NCBI RefSeq assembly: GCF_000002075.1
Contig: NW_004797274.1
Location: 3,689,961 to 3,753,271 of the forward strand
Direction: 5' to 3'
Source: Aplysia californica
Lineage: Eukaryota
Length of the DNA: 63,311 nucleotides
Shown here piece by piece: positions 1-13,200 of the stretch. Every line of letters starts with the position of its first letter. Position 1 is the first letter of the stretch. A program made the translations under genes and the position numbers. A model generated the notes under the pieces. That model ran no database searches, was not told the origin of the DNA, and worked only from the letters and a program-made list of their open reading frames with translations.

Positions 1-16
1 CATCTCTGCTTCTTAA

Positions 17-256
17 CCCTATCCGTACTCGTGATTTACCATCGTATCCATACAATGTGGGCAGCTCTGTGCCCCCACTTTCCAAAGAGGAAATTTACTC
101 TTTAATCCGATCTGTATGCTTTGCATAGCAGTCTGTCAAAATGATTTTTTGAGAAATACTGAAAGTTTCAAAAATATCTTCTCATTAGAAGTGTTCTAAA
201 ATGTGAAGAATACAACATCGGGGGTACAAAAGTGACCCCACGGCGTACGGATAGGG
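17..256. mobile_element. piggyBac-like MITE, copy 1
   Basis: TTAA on both sides (13-16, 257-260); TIR CCCTATCCGTAC ... GTACGGATAGGG. Confidence 0.88.
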
Positions 257-786
257 TTAAATGTTTTTACGAAGTTGAAGGTAGCATTTAACCTGTACAA
301 TTACTAATACATGTACCTGTACATTCGAAATTGTTGAAGATTAGATGACTATCCATTGTTAAGGGGTAAAACAGCTGTTTTAGACAGGAAGGTGTTTTAT
401 ACAGTGTAATTTTACTGTAAAAATGTTTTTAAACACAAGGAGGGAAATTGGAGTTGACCGTTTGTTACCAGTTTGTACAGGTGATTGTCTTATATAGGTG
501 GCTGTTACAGCAGGTTTGCCTGTATTTCTATTTTGACCACAGCTGGGCTTGCTGTCTGTTTTAAACAGTTATGTCGTTTGTCAATTTATCCAAGTGCATG
601 GTTGATGGGTGCTCTGGTTTTGTGGTTTGCTCCTCCTTTCCTATCAAACAGCTTTCGTCCATATTGCTTCTCCTTTTGTGTGCTTGTTACTTTCTTGTAA
701 CATCTCGAATCTTCGGCACTTATATGACCTATTTTTGTTGCAAGTGCCATAAAACTGACTAAATCATGAAACAAAATTCGCCCATG

Positions 787-808
787 TTTCCTTGACTGCT
801 GTGTCCAG
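787..808 (+). promoter_or_regulatory. U12-type (minor spliceosome) branch point and 3' splice site
   Basis: TTTCCTTGAC at 787-796, branch A 13 nt from the AG, no polypyrimidine tract. Confidence 0.75.
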
Positions 809-890
809 TATCGGTCAAGCGGGTGTGGATTGCCACTGCAGCCACGAGTCGGACGTGTCCATCATACAGATCCTCTTCCTGATCAATGAG
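809..890 (+). CDS. STXBP5: tomosyn exon w1 (IGQAGVDCHCSHESDVSIIQILFLINE)
   Basis: ccag| acceptor, |gtgagt donor, 82 nt. Confidence 0.93.
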
Positions 891-3800
891 GTGAGTTCTT
901 TTTTTTATGGACCCTTTGTTTTGTGTGTCTCAGTCAGTTTCCCATCTGGCTTTCAACTGACCTATCTGTGTTGTAAGTGCGGTAAAACTGTTGTTTGAAA
1001 CTGAAGATTTCCCATCTACAGTCTTTCTCATCTCTCCCCCTGCAATACAAATTATCCCTACTTAACTATATATGCCCTTCTCTCCCACAGACGTTGGGTG
1101 GTTAGCGGGTGCTCTGGTGTGGTTTGCTCCTTCTTTCCTGTCAACCATTTATCGTCCTTATGTCTCCTGCTTTTTTTGTGTTTGTTACTCTCTAATAACA
1201 CCTTTGATCTTCGGCGCTTATAACACCCTATTGTGTTGCAAGTGCCTTAAAACTTTTACTAAGAGATAGACTTGAACCCACAGCTCACCCACGCAGTATA
1301 GACTTGATCTGATTCAATAGCCGGTTCACTTATCTATCTCAGAATACCACTAGACACCCCTCCCCCTCCCATCCCACCCCTGCAACAAAACGCTCTTAGT
1401 TTATTGCCCTGACATCAGGCCTTTAAAAAAAAAAAAGTACCATGTCAGTGGAATGAATGTAAGCCCACCTTGTAGGTTGACATTTTTGTGCCTGGATATA
1501 TCTGTACTTTCAGAAGGAAGTTATTTGGATAATTGAGGGCATTAATGTGGTTTTGAGGTCTTTACAATACAAATAGCTCACCGTGGCTCATTAGTTGTTC
1601 CTTGTACTTTTCTCCAGAAAGCACAAGGACTTTACTTGTAATACTGTGTGTGTTGGAGACTTTTGCTTTTAAGATGTCAGGGGGAGCTCACACAGGGCTC
1701 ATTGTCTCACTTTGCACTGACTAATGTGTTGTGCTAACACTCTCTNNNNNNNNNNNNNNNNNNNNNNNNNNNNNNNNNNNNNNNNNNNNNNNNNNNNNNN
1801 NNNNNNNNNNNNNNNNNNNNNNNNNNNNNNNNNNNNNNNNNNNNNNNNNNNNNNNNNNNNNNNNNNNNNNNNNNNAAATGGAAAAAAAATGATTTGAACT
1901 TTTTCTGTTATACTTTCTTGGTCTTAGGGAGCCCTGGTGACAGTGACCAACGATGATCACCTCCACTTGTGGAATTTCCGACAGAAACAACCTAGCATCG
2001 TCCACTCGCTCAAGTTTCAGAGAGAAAAGTAAATGACTGTCGTTTAAACTGTCTTTTTGTTGAGCTGTTTCATTTATATCTACTGAGTGTGTCTGCTATC
2101 GGTTACAGACCTCTGCATTTGCTGTTCTAAACTTGGTTTACCGAGATGTCATGCTAAGTAATTTGCATGATAGATTTTTTGTACCACTACTTAAATATTA
2201 TACTTATTACATTTTGTTTCTGTCACAAGAATAATGATTAGTTGCATTTGACAATGCTGTTCAAGAGAGAAAATTACAAATTAGGGTTATTCTTTTTTTT
2301 CTTCTTTTTTACATTGGTGGTGCATTAAAAAAAACAAGTTTCTAAGGAGAAAAATCTCATATGACCTCTGAAGTGGTGTTTGAATGCGCTTTGTTATAAT
2401 TCTTGTCACTATGAAAAGCCAAGTGTCTGTGCTGGTGGCATGTTTTGCATAATTGGAACATAATTTCCCCTGTGAGAAATGAACACACTCTTGACTAGTG
2501 GCTAAACAAACAAACAAAAAAAAAGGCCATAGTCTGCCACAGTTTTCCTCCTTTATAGATATTATGAACGCATCTTTGTTTTCAGCTTTGTTATTTTGAT
2601 GGCCTGCCTGATATAAATATTGCAGTTCAAGTCACCATGAAAAATCAAGTGTCCATGCTGGTAGTCACATATTTTGCCTAATTGGAGTATAATTTCCTCT
2701 TTGAGAAATGAATATATACTCTGCGCAAGTGGCAAGCAAAAAAATTTTTTTTTAAATGAAAGCATTTTTGTCTGCCCCAGTTTTTCTATGATTATGGCAA
2801 TTATAAATGCATCTTCATTCTCAGTTTCCTCATTTTGATGGCCTGCAACACATACATAATTTATGGTTCCTGGTTGAAATTACTCAGCTTCAGAGGAGTG
2901 TTTGCACAGAATAATATTTTAGTTTCTTCGATTTGAGAATGGTCTGTAAAGCTTGGAGCTCGTTCAGTTTCAAAGGTCTAGGCAGGATGTCAAAGCAGCA
3001 TTCGAACAAAAACTTCAACAGAAAGTCTTTCCCCTACCAATCCATCTCCTCCAGCAAATTAAAGGATAATTGTTACTATTTTCAGACAGAGAAACAGATG
3101 AAAGAAATGAAAGTATTAGAAGCTACTGCTTTCTGTACTGTATCTCTGAAAAAGACACTGTAGGCTACCTTGTTTTTCTAGACCATCGTACTTGGAANNN
3201 NNNNNNNNNNNNNNNNNNNNNNNNNNNNNNNNNNNNNNNNNNNNNNNNNNNNNNNNNNNNNNNNNNNNNNNNNNNNNNNNNNNNNNNNNNNNNNNNNNNN
3301 NNNNNNNNNNNNNNNNNNNNNNNNNNNNNNNNNNNNNNNNNNNNNNNNNNNNNNNNNNNNNNNNNNNNNNNNNNNNNNNNNNNNNNNNNNNNNNNNNNNN
3401 NNNNNNNNNNNNNNNNNNNNNNNNNNNNNNNNNNNNNNNNNNNNNNNNNNNNNNNNNNNNNNNNNNNNNNNNNNNNNNNNNNNNNNNNNNNNNNNNNNNN
3501 NNNNNNNNNNNNNNNNNNNNNNNNNNNNNNNNNNNNNNNNNNNNNNNNNNNNNNNNNNNNNNNNNNNNNNNNNNNNNNNNNNNNNNNNNNNNNNNNNNNN
3601 NNNNNNNNNNNNNNNNNNNNATTTTGATCTCTAAATCTCATTTTCTGTGTGGAAGTTAGATTTGAGGTAAACCTCATGCTGAGAAAAAAAGGGAACTAAC
3701 TTGTGAGCTTCTGTTTGTTTCAGAGTTTCCCGTTGCCATCTGCCTTTTCAAAGTAAATGGCTGTATGTGGGCACGGAGAGAGGGAATGTCCACATGGTCA

Positions 3801-6800
3801 ACATCGAGTCTTTCACCTGCTCGGGTTATGTCATCAACTGGAACAAGACTATTGAGCTGTGAGTACCTTCCTATTCGAGCAGAGAAAGAGACTGGGTGGT
3901 TGAAAGGTGCTGTTGGGAGGTTCTACTGCTTTATTGTCGTTCTGTTATTTCTGTCTGTCTATCTTAATTTTTCCCTTCAGTAAATGTGATGAGGCATGGA
4001 GACATTTGTGCCTCAATTATCTCTACTGGCGTAAGCTGACGAAACGCCTTTTTTTCTTCACAGCAGTTTCGAGAAAAAGAGTTTTTTTGGTCAGTATATC
4101 CATTTAAATTTAGAGTGATTCTGAAATCTAAATTAATTTCTAATTGATTCAAAAACTTATCACAGTTTCACTTTGATTTTTTTCACACTAGTAGGGTAAC
4201 TGATCAGGCTTTCGATTTAGATCTAGTGAATAAAACATTTTGGTACCAAAATAAAAAAGGCATTTTGTCAGCTTACGGCAGTCTAGTGAATGGATTACCG
4301 TCCTCTTAAAAAAAATGATGGTTTTCATGTGGACATGCTATTCTTTACTCAAACAAAGAATCCATAAAGAGAAGCCGAGAGTACAGATGCTGTCCACTTG
4401 AACTAGTCTTTCATCACAAGTGGTGTCTGTGTTTTTGTCTTTAATGTTGTTGGTGGGTTTCAAAATCTTCATTGTGGGTGGTTGAAGAGTGAACTAAGTA
4501 ATTAGTGCATTTTGATTGTTGCAAAATAATATGAGAACTTTCTGTTAATATTCTCCACTGATATGTGTGTTTGGGGAAATTCTCATTGAAAAGGTTGAGG
4601 ATCTGTTAAACATCACTGCATGTTCACCATTGACGATAAGCCATCAAACTAAGTAAATTTATTTTTCATGAAAGTGGAGTTAGACATGCATTTGGAATAA
4701 GGACCTTGAGTTTCATGTGTCATGCATGCTTTTTTATATTGTCAAGACATAGTGGTGTTGTGCAGACTATGAATGTTCTTTTGATCTGTGACTAAATTGA
4801 GGGGGCTTCTTTTGCGTAAAGGTTAAATTTTTTTGTAGTTGCTTGGGGTAGACATGTGTTTCAATCCCATTTGGGGAAGATAACTTCTTGAGTGTCTCTG
4901 TATTTCTCTGCTGAGATGCTGTTTTTGCCCCCTCTCCTTATGGATAAATATTTTGTAGTTGGGATGGAAAGTGGTTGCAAAATTACTTTTTTTTGGAAGT
5001 TGCAAATTCATGTTTTTTTCTTGTTCTGTCCTTTTTTTTTTTTACTTAGGTCCAGAAAAACCCATCCAGGCCCTGTAGTTCACCTGAGTGACAATCCTGT
5101 GGACTCCACAAAGGTAATGAACCGTAATGTTATTGTTCTGTTTGAAGTGCGTCTACCATAGATGGCATTTGTGACTTAATGTTGGCTCTCTGTTCTAAAT
5201 GACTCGTTAAAAGAATTTAACACATCTAAGATGGATGGCTTAAATGATTTGTCGATGGCTCCCCCATGTCTACGTTGGTTCATTTTGTTTGTTCTTGTCC
5301 TCTGTGGGACATGCGCTGTGGATGTAGCTGTGCCAGTCTTGCATAATGGCTGTCACTCACATAAACCTGTTGCCAGATGTGTTGTGTCAAAAGTGAAGCT
5401 TGTATATGTGGTCGATAGGCTCTCTACTAGTGTCTGTTTCTTCTGCTTTTTCATTTTGTAGCTTTTATAATTATAATAATATAATCCCTCTTTAATATGT
5501 GGCGTTAGTGGTTAGGTTGTTGGGCTCATAACCAAAAGATCATGGGTTCAGACCTTATCAGGGGCCTGCAAAAGATGTGGAGATGATGTTGTAATTTGAC
5601 TTTCTTGCTTATTTCATGCAGGTGGTTGGAGGGCATTATTTGCGTTTTCCTATTTTCATTCTTCCTGTCTGTCTTCTTTTTTCATGTGCAACAAATGACC
5701 GTTTTCATGTTAATGCATCTCTCTTTATTTAACCTAGCAAACAAATCTTGAGTTCATGAGTGATGATGATATCATAGACTCCTACTTCACGCTTTACCCC
5801 CTTGGGCAGTGCTACTGACTGAAGTGTCTTTAGGCCATTCCCAAAGGGGGGACACTAACATGTTCTTATGCACAGTAGAATTGTAAATGGGCCGATTCAT
5901 CAATGTCATGCTCATAACTGTGCCTGAACTGCAACAGGGAACGGCTTCTTTTTCTTTCCTAATCCTTACTATCGTCATTTTTCCTTTACTTCTTTTGTAT
6001 GTTTTTCACACTCTTGTGACCTGCTATTTCCGGGGTGCCTTGATAGTTGAAGCAGACCTTGTGCTGTTGAAGCTAAAGAGGTGAGCAGACTAAGCCTGAT
6101 TCCCTGTATGGACTTTTCTGTTGACATCCACCCCTTGGCGCTCATATGACCTTATGCAGTTGCGAGCACCATAAAAACTCTACTAAAACTAACTTAAAAC
6201 TCTACTAAAAAAAAACCAACAGAAAAACTTCTCGCTTTTCTCTTCCCCAGCTTCTGATTGGCTTTGAATCAGGCGCCATTGTCTTCTGGGACCTGCGTTC
6301 CAAGAGCCCAGATTATAGATACAACTCCCAGGAGGTCAGTGTTAATGTGTCCACCTTTGCTCAGTTTCTTAGTTACCAGAGAAGTATGGGTTTGTTGGAT
6401 GAATACAGTGGAACCTGCTCTAATGGCCACATTTATAAGATAATCACCTGTACAAACAATCACTATTCACTATTCATTTCCCCCTGCATTTTTTTTTTTT
6501 CATTACAATGGCATCGTGTGAGATGGTCACGCTTTTAAATTAGCTACTTTTCCCCTCTACAATGGGTGGCCATCTGAGACAATTTCGACTATGGTTTACA
6601 ATAAAAATATAGTGGTCTTGAAAGATTGGGTTCTTGGGATAGTTAACATTGAAATACGTTATATTTTTCTTTTACTGCTTTTACTGTGGTCTTGAAGAAT
6701 CTAGAGTTACAATAAGAAGTGAGGTGGAAGTTGAAATTTTATTGTTCTAATTTATATATGGGTACATAAAGTTGGCTTGCCAGTTGTCCCAGTTTTGAAG

Positions 6801-8241
6801 AGGTCATGTCTTATGTGACAAGTAGGAGCTAAGTGTACTTGTCTTGAATTATAGTGCCATTGCCTGATAATATAATATATTTTATATGATAACATATTAG
6901 TTGCATGATAACTTAACTCTTGTCTGATGACATTATCTGTTTTTTGAAAATGTACTTGTCGCCTGAAAATGTATATATTGTCTGATGATATGTCTATTGC
7001 CCTTGTAATATCTCTATTGCCTGATAAAGTATCAGTTGCCTGAAAACATGACTTTTGTCTGATGAAGTGTAAATTGTGGATGTTTTGCGGGTGCTCATGT
7101 AGTTTTGCTCTTTCTTTCCTTTCAAACATCTACTGTCTTTATCTCTTCTCCTTTTCTATGTATGTTGCTCTCTAGTAACACCTCTTATCTCTGGCACTTA
7201 TATGACCTATTTGTGTTGCAAGTGCTGTAAAACTCTTTTAAAAGACCCAACCTTAATGCCATTGTCTCTCTTTCACCCATGGTGATGTGTGCAGGCCCTG
7301 CGGTCTATATCGTGGCACAATGAAGGCAAACAGTTCATGTGCAGTCACTCAGACGGCAGTCTCTCCACCTGGAATGTCAAGGCCCCACAGAGGCCTGCCT
7401 CTGTCACTTCACCTCATGGTGAGTCCTGCCCTACAATTCAACATTTGCCTTTTTGTATGTCTTCTTTGAGTTGTTTACTCCGTGAAGAGATTAGTGTGGG
7501 TAGTTGGTGGGTGCTCTGGTGTGGTTTGCTCCTTCTTTTGTATAAAAAATATATTGTCCTCATCTCTCTTTCTTTTTTTTTTTTTTTTTGTTACTTTCTT
7601 GTAACACCTTTAATCTCTGGCTCTATTATGACCTAGTTGTGTTGCAAGTGCTGTAACGCTCATACTAAAACAAACAAACCTTCAGTTCCACCTTTGCCTT
7701 TCCATTTGTCTTCTTTGAGTTGTTAGCTCTGTGAAGAGGTTAATGGAGTATTGTATTCAATTGTGGGCTGTCTTATTGTCTTGAATGAATGGCATAGAAA
7801 TGTCATTATGATAATAAATTGTGTACTGTCATATAATGCGTTCATGCATTATCCTCCTTTTAAAGAGATTAGAGTATGTATATTTTTACCTTAAAAAGAA
7901 TGGCAAAGAAGTGCTGCTGAAGATTAAAATGATCACTGTCATTTTTTTACAATATAATATATGTATGGGTTTATATTTTGTAGTCAACTGCTTGCTACAA
8001 ATCTTCTTCTGTGATTTAGATTTATTTTTGTGAACAAATAATGAAGTCTGTTTCTTTGTGTTCAACATGAACCTTCGTTTGTTCATTCTGAATTACATTT
8101 TCTATTAGAGGCTGTTTAAGAATGAAAGAAATTTGCTGTTCTTTTGGTCTACAAAAAATTTATGTAACATTTGTGCTTCTCTGTGCTTGAGTGTGTGCAT
8201 GAATGCCTGCACGCATACATTTATACACAAGCATGCGCACG

Positions 8242-8276
<35 letters not shown>

Positions 8277-10210
8277 ACGCACACGCACACACACAGTGAT
8301 TGGTTGGCAGGTGCTCTGCTGTGATTTGCTCCTTCTCTGTCAAACATCTATCGTCCTTATCTCTCCTTTTTTTTTGTGTTTGTTACTCGCTTGTAACACC
8401 TCTAATCTTTGGCACTCGTATGACTTTTTTGTGTTGCATGTGCTGTTAAATGCTTNNNNNNNNNNNNNNNNNNNNNNNNNNNNNNNNNNNNNNNNNNNNN
8501 NNNNNNNNNNNNNNNNNNNNNNNNNNNNNNNNNNNNNNNNNNNNNNNNNNNNNNNNNNNNNNNNNNNNNNNNNNNNNNNNNNNNNNNNNNNNNNNNNNNN
8601 NNNNNNNNNNNNNNNNNNNNAACTGTTCACATATTTTGTATTTGATTGATGTATTTTGTTTGTTTATGTGTTATTTTTTTATTCTTTTATTTCAGCCAAA
8701 ATTGGTCCAGATGGGAAACCAGACCTGTGCAAACCCATTGCTAAAGTGGAGTGGAGATCTACTCGAGCTGGGTATGTGTCAATTAGCTGTTGATCTTTGA
8801 GGAACAAGTTTTATATCTCACCCCATCTTTAGCTGTGATTCTGTGAACGTTTATTATGTTTGTCCGAAATAAGAAATCTATGTTGTAGATGATGAAAGCT
8901 TCTAAAGATTCGTCGACTGCTCAGTGTAAGACTTTGTCATATGTCACTTTTTAACCTTATCTGTACGCCCTGGGGTCATTTTGTACTCCAGGGGTTGTAT
9001 TCTTCACATTTTAGAATACTTCTAGTACGAAGATTTCTTTAAAGCTTTCAATATTTCTCAAAAAATCATTTTGTCAGACTGCTTTGCGAAGCGTACAGAT
9101 CGGATTAACGAGTAAATTTCCACTTTGGAAACAGAGTTCCCCATGTCGTATGGATACGATAGTAAAACACGACATACGGATAGGGTTAAAATGATTTCTG
9201 GTGGAGTCTAACACTAACCAATCAAGGTGTAGATGAGAGTAGTGAACAGTTTGAAGTGCAGCTTTAGGATAAGAAAATGTCTTTAATTGCTAGAATAGGA
9301 TACTATATTTATATATTATACCTAGTATAGATTACTTTTACCCTACAGTACAATTTGCATAGGGCACTAGTATACCTAGAATAGTGTACTTTATATCAGT
9401 ATTGTTATTGTAGAATACGATACTATAATATACCTGTGTATCTGTCAGTGGTACGCCTGGAACAGAGCACTCTCTTCCTGTGCCTCTGTATTATACCTAG
9501 AATGGGGTACTTTTTACCAGGGATTGGAGTATACCTAGAATAGGGTATTTTGTTTCTGTTTGTCTGTGGTAGGGTACTTTGTATCTCTGTATCTGTAGCA
9601 TGCCAAGAATAGGGTCCTTCATACCTGTGTGTCTGTAGTAAACCTGCTCAAGAGGTTTGAACGTTTTATTTTAGTTTGTCACCCCCACTGCATTGTTCAG
9701 ATTATAACAGCGAGTGGTTGGAAGGTGCCCCTGGTAGGTTGGCGAGTGCTCTGGTGTGGTTTGCTCCATCATTCTATCAAACAACTATCGTCTTTATCTC
9801 TCCTCCGTCTTTATTATGTTTGTTACTCTCTTGTAACACCTCTAATCTTCAATGACCTTATTGTGTTGCAGGTGCTGTAAAACTCTTCCTTAAAAAACTC
9901 TTCTCCACTCAGATGCTTTTTAGTAACCAGGTGTTTTTATCCTGTCTACCAAACAAATTAAGAGCACAGGGAAAATGCCATTTTTCACAATTTTTCGTTT
10001 TTGCCCGTTTTTATCCTTTGAGTTGTTTTGTTTGTCTATCAATATCATGTTTATCAAAATGACTGTATTCATCTACTTATGACATAATGCACAACAGTCC
10101 CACTTAAAAAGGATGGCTGTAGTCATATAAATAAAGGCACATTTGCTTGTTTAACACAATCCTCCGCCATTGAATTCTGCAACGAGAATGTGTGTGTGTT
10201 GTGGAGCTGT

Positions 10211-10281
<71 letters not shown>

Positions 10282-13200
10282 GTGCGCGTGCATGTACGTG
10301 TACATGTNNNNNNNNNNNNNNNNNNNNNNNNNNNNNNNNNNNNNNNNNNNNNNNNNNNNNNNNNNNNNNNNNNNNNNNNNNNNNNNNNNNNNNNNNNNNN
10401 NNNNNNNNNNNNNNNNNNNNNNNNNNNNNNNNNNNNTGCGCATGCTTGTGTATATGCACACGTGCGTTGTTAAATGGTCTCACAGTTTGCTTTTTCTGTC
10501 CTTTGATTCGTCAGTTAAGTTGAGTGAAAATTATGCATTGCATTTGCTTAGCGCTTAGGGCCTTCTTGGGATTTGACGCTATGTAAATTCTCATCATCAT
10601 TATTATTACTATTATATTATATATGTAAATGATTTTGTGGACCCCCTCAGGGAGGCCATGGTGGTGTTCTCCGGTGGAATGTCCTATGACCGAGCGGGCC
10701 GCACGCCGAGCATTACTGTGATGACGGGCAAAAGCACCACGGTGCTGGAGATGGAACACAACGTGGTGGACTTTGTCACCCTCTGTGATACTCCCTGGGT
10801 TAATGGTCAGTTTGTTTGTTTGTATAGATATTTTCGGTAACAGTCGCATACTGCTGAAGTGCGAAATTAGGTTTGATACACCCTGGGTTAATGGTCAGTT
10901 TGTTTGTTTTTGTAGATATTTTTGGTAACAGTCACATACTGCTGAAGTCCGAAATTAGGTTTACTTTTAAATTTTATATTGAAGTGATCATTTGGAAACA
11001 TGCTTACATCATGTCTTAATATAGTGCAAGTGTAAGTCGAGAAGATGATGGAATACAACATCAGAACAAAACATGTACATCTGTTGTTTGGCATGCTTAA
11101 TACAAGTTCATTGTTTTTCTTAAAAGTTTTAGTTTGGGACATTTTAAGTTTTGCAACTTTTACCATTGATATGTTTAGGACACTGTCGACACTGTTTGGT
11201 CTTGTAAGCGTCACATTTTCATTTTTTTCCCTTCCTAGCATCATGTTATGAATTATTGTCACACTTCATGGTATGCCCTGGGTTACGGGTCAGTTTTTAA
11301 GTTAGACCCCGCGGGGCAGTGCCACTGACTGTAGTGTCTTTAGGCCATTCCCAAAGGGGGGACATTTCTCGTTCAAGCATAGTAGAATTGTAAATGGGCT
11401 GATTCATGTCACGCTCATAACTGTGCCTGATCTACAACAGGGAACTGCTGCTTTTTCTTTCCTGATCCTTACTATTGTCATTTTCCCCTACTTGTTTTGT
11501 ATGTTTGTCACTCTTTTGTGACCTGCTATTTTGGGGTGCCTTGATAGTCGAAGCACACCGTGTGCTGTTGAAGCTAGAGAGGTGAGCAGTCTAAGTCTGA
11601 TTCCCTGTAAAGAGTTCTCTGTTGACATCCACCCCTTGGCGCTTACATGACCTTATTCAGTTGCGAGCGCCGTAAAACCCTCTACTATTAAAAAAAAAGT
11701 TTTAAAGTTAGTTTGGGTATATGACTTACGGCCACAGTTCATGGTCAGTTTATTAGTGTATATGTTTTATTGCTTGGGTCAATGGCCAGTTTATTGGTTT
11801 ACAAGTGTACATGTTTAATTTCCTTGGTTAACGGTCTATTTAGTTTGTCGGTATGCATATATTATTATGTTTAGAGGCCTGGGATTAATAGTCATCATAG
11901 TTTGTTGGATTAGTTTACATAAATGTTTTAAGGCCTGGATAAATGTCAGTTTGTTAGTTTGGGGTATATTTTTTATGGCTTAGGTTATCAGTCAGTTTGT
12001 AAGTTTGTTAATGAAGTCCCATGTGTTTTTGTTAGAAACAGAGAACAAAATGCTGACCTCACATACTTGGATGATATTGCTCTCTTACTCATTTTAGATA
12101 ATGTCAATGAAACTAAAAAGTCAGCATGAACTAGAAATATTAGAAAGTAGAGATGGGTTATTCTTATGTGTCTTCTCCCATCATTTAAATTAGAAGATTC
12201 ATTTTCTTTTGCTTGTGTGAAAAACTTTTTACTAATTAGTTACCCGGTTAGAGCATAACACTATTGATGTACATGTCCAACCTGCTCTTCTCTTAAGCCA
12301 GTGCTTTCTGTTTGTTTCAGATTTCCAAGATCCTTATGCCATTGTTGTACTGCTGCAAAATGACTTAGTTGTTATAGACCTCACAACACCGGGGTAAGAT
12401 CTCACTACTGTTCTCAACTACTCTTTTCCACACCTGGGCATGCTGTTAGTTCTGTTGATATCATGCTGGGCTACGGTACTCATGACTCTGGATTGAATAC
12501 CCAATGGGGCCTTCTTGAACTTAGGTTATTTGAGGGAGTTTTCAAGGTCCAACCGCTTTACTTAGTCTTATGGGAGATACTTGCTTAATTTGGAGGTCCC
12601 TCCTCGTACATAACCTTACAGTGCTGAAAAGGGTGTTAACCCAAGCAATATTTTTGTCAATGATGGACAGTGCCTCTACCTTGCTGTCTGCATGCCAGAA
12701 GGCTTTGTAGGTAGTGGAGACTGCTCAATCAGACGAACAAACTGTTTGGAATTTGGGGGAACAGTAGGGGGAATTGTAAGGCTGGCGGAGCTAAACGGAC
12801 GGTTTGACCTTGGGACTTTAGAGTGATGGGCACTGTATTCTGGCAACAGTACGGCATTGTTTTAAGGGTTCCACTGTTAATAGTCTCTACTTCTCTTCTT
12901 CCCTTCTATAGTTTCTGCGAGTCTGTCTTACTCTTCCTCCTGCATTTTATGACCATTATTTACTAATTGTGCTTCTATTTACATAAACTTGACAATACAC
13001 AGCGCTTGCTCCTTTGTGATAGTCTAGTAAAGAAAGCTGAGATGCACTTAGGCATTAACTTGTTTCTCGCTGAGGTTGGGAAAAAAAGTTCATATTTGTC
13101 TCATGTTTTGCTTTTCTTTTGCAACTGATTTTCAGACTCCTGTGTGTTTTAATGGTTTGTCTATTTGTAGTTGCATATTGAAGACATGAGACTGATTCCT

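Noticed and set aside
3070-3677. Long ORFs spanning N-runs (also near 8.5, 10.3, 24.5, 34.5, 39.8, 48.0 and 51.2 kb)
   Set aside because: Artefacts of assembly gaps and adjacent microsatellites.
5498-5567. Functional tRNA-Met gene
   Set aside because: Acceptor and T stems do not pair properly; treated as a remnant.
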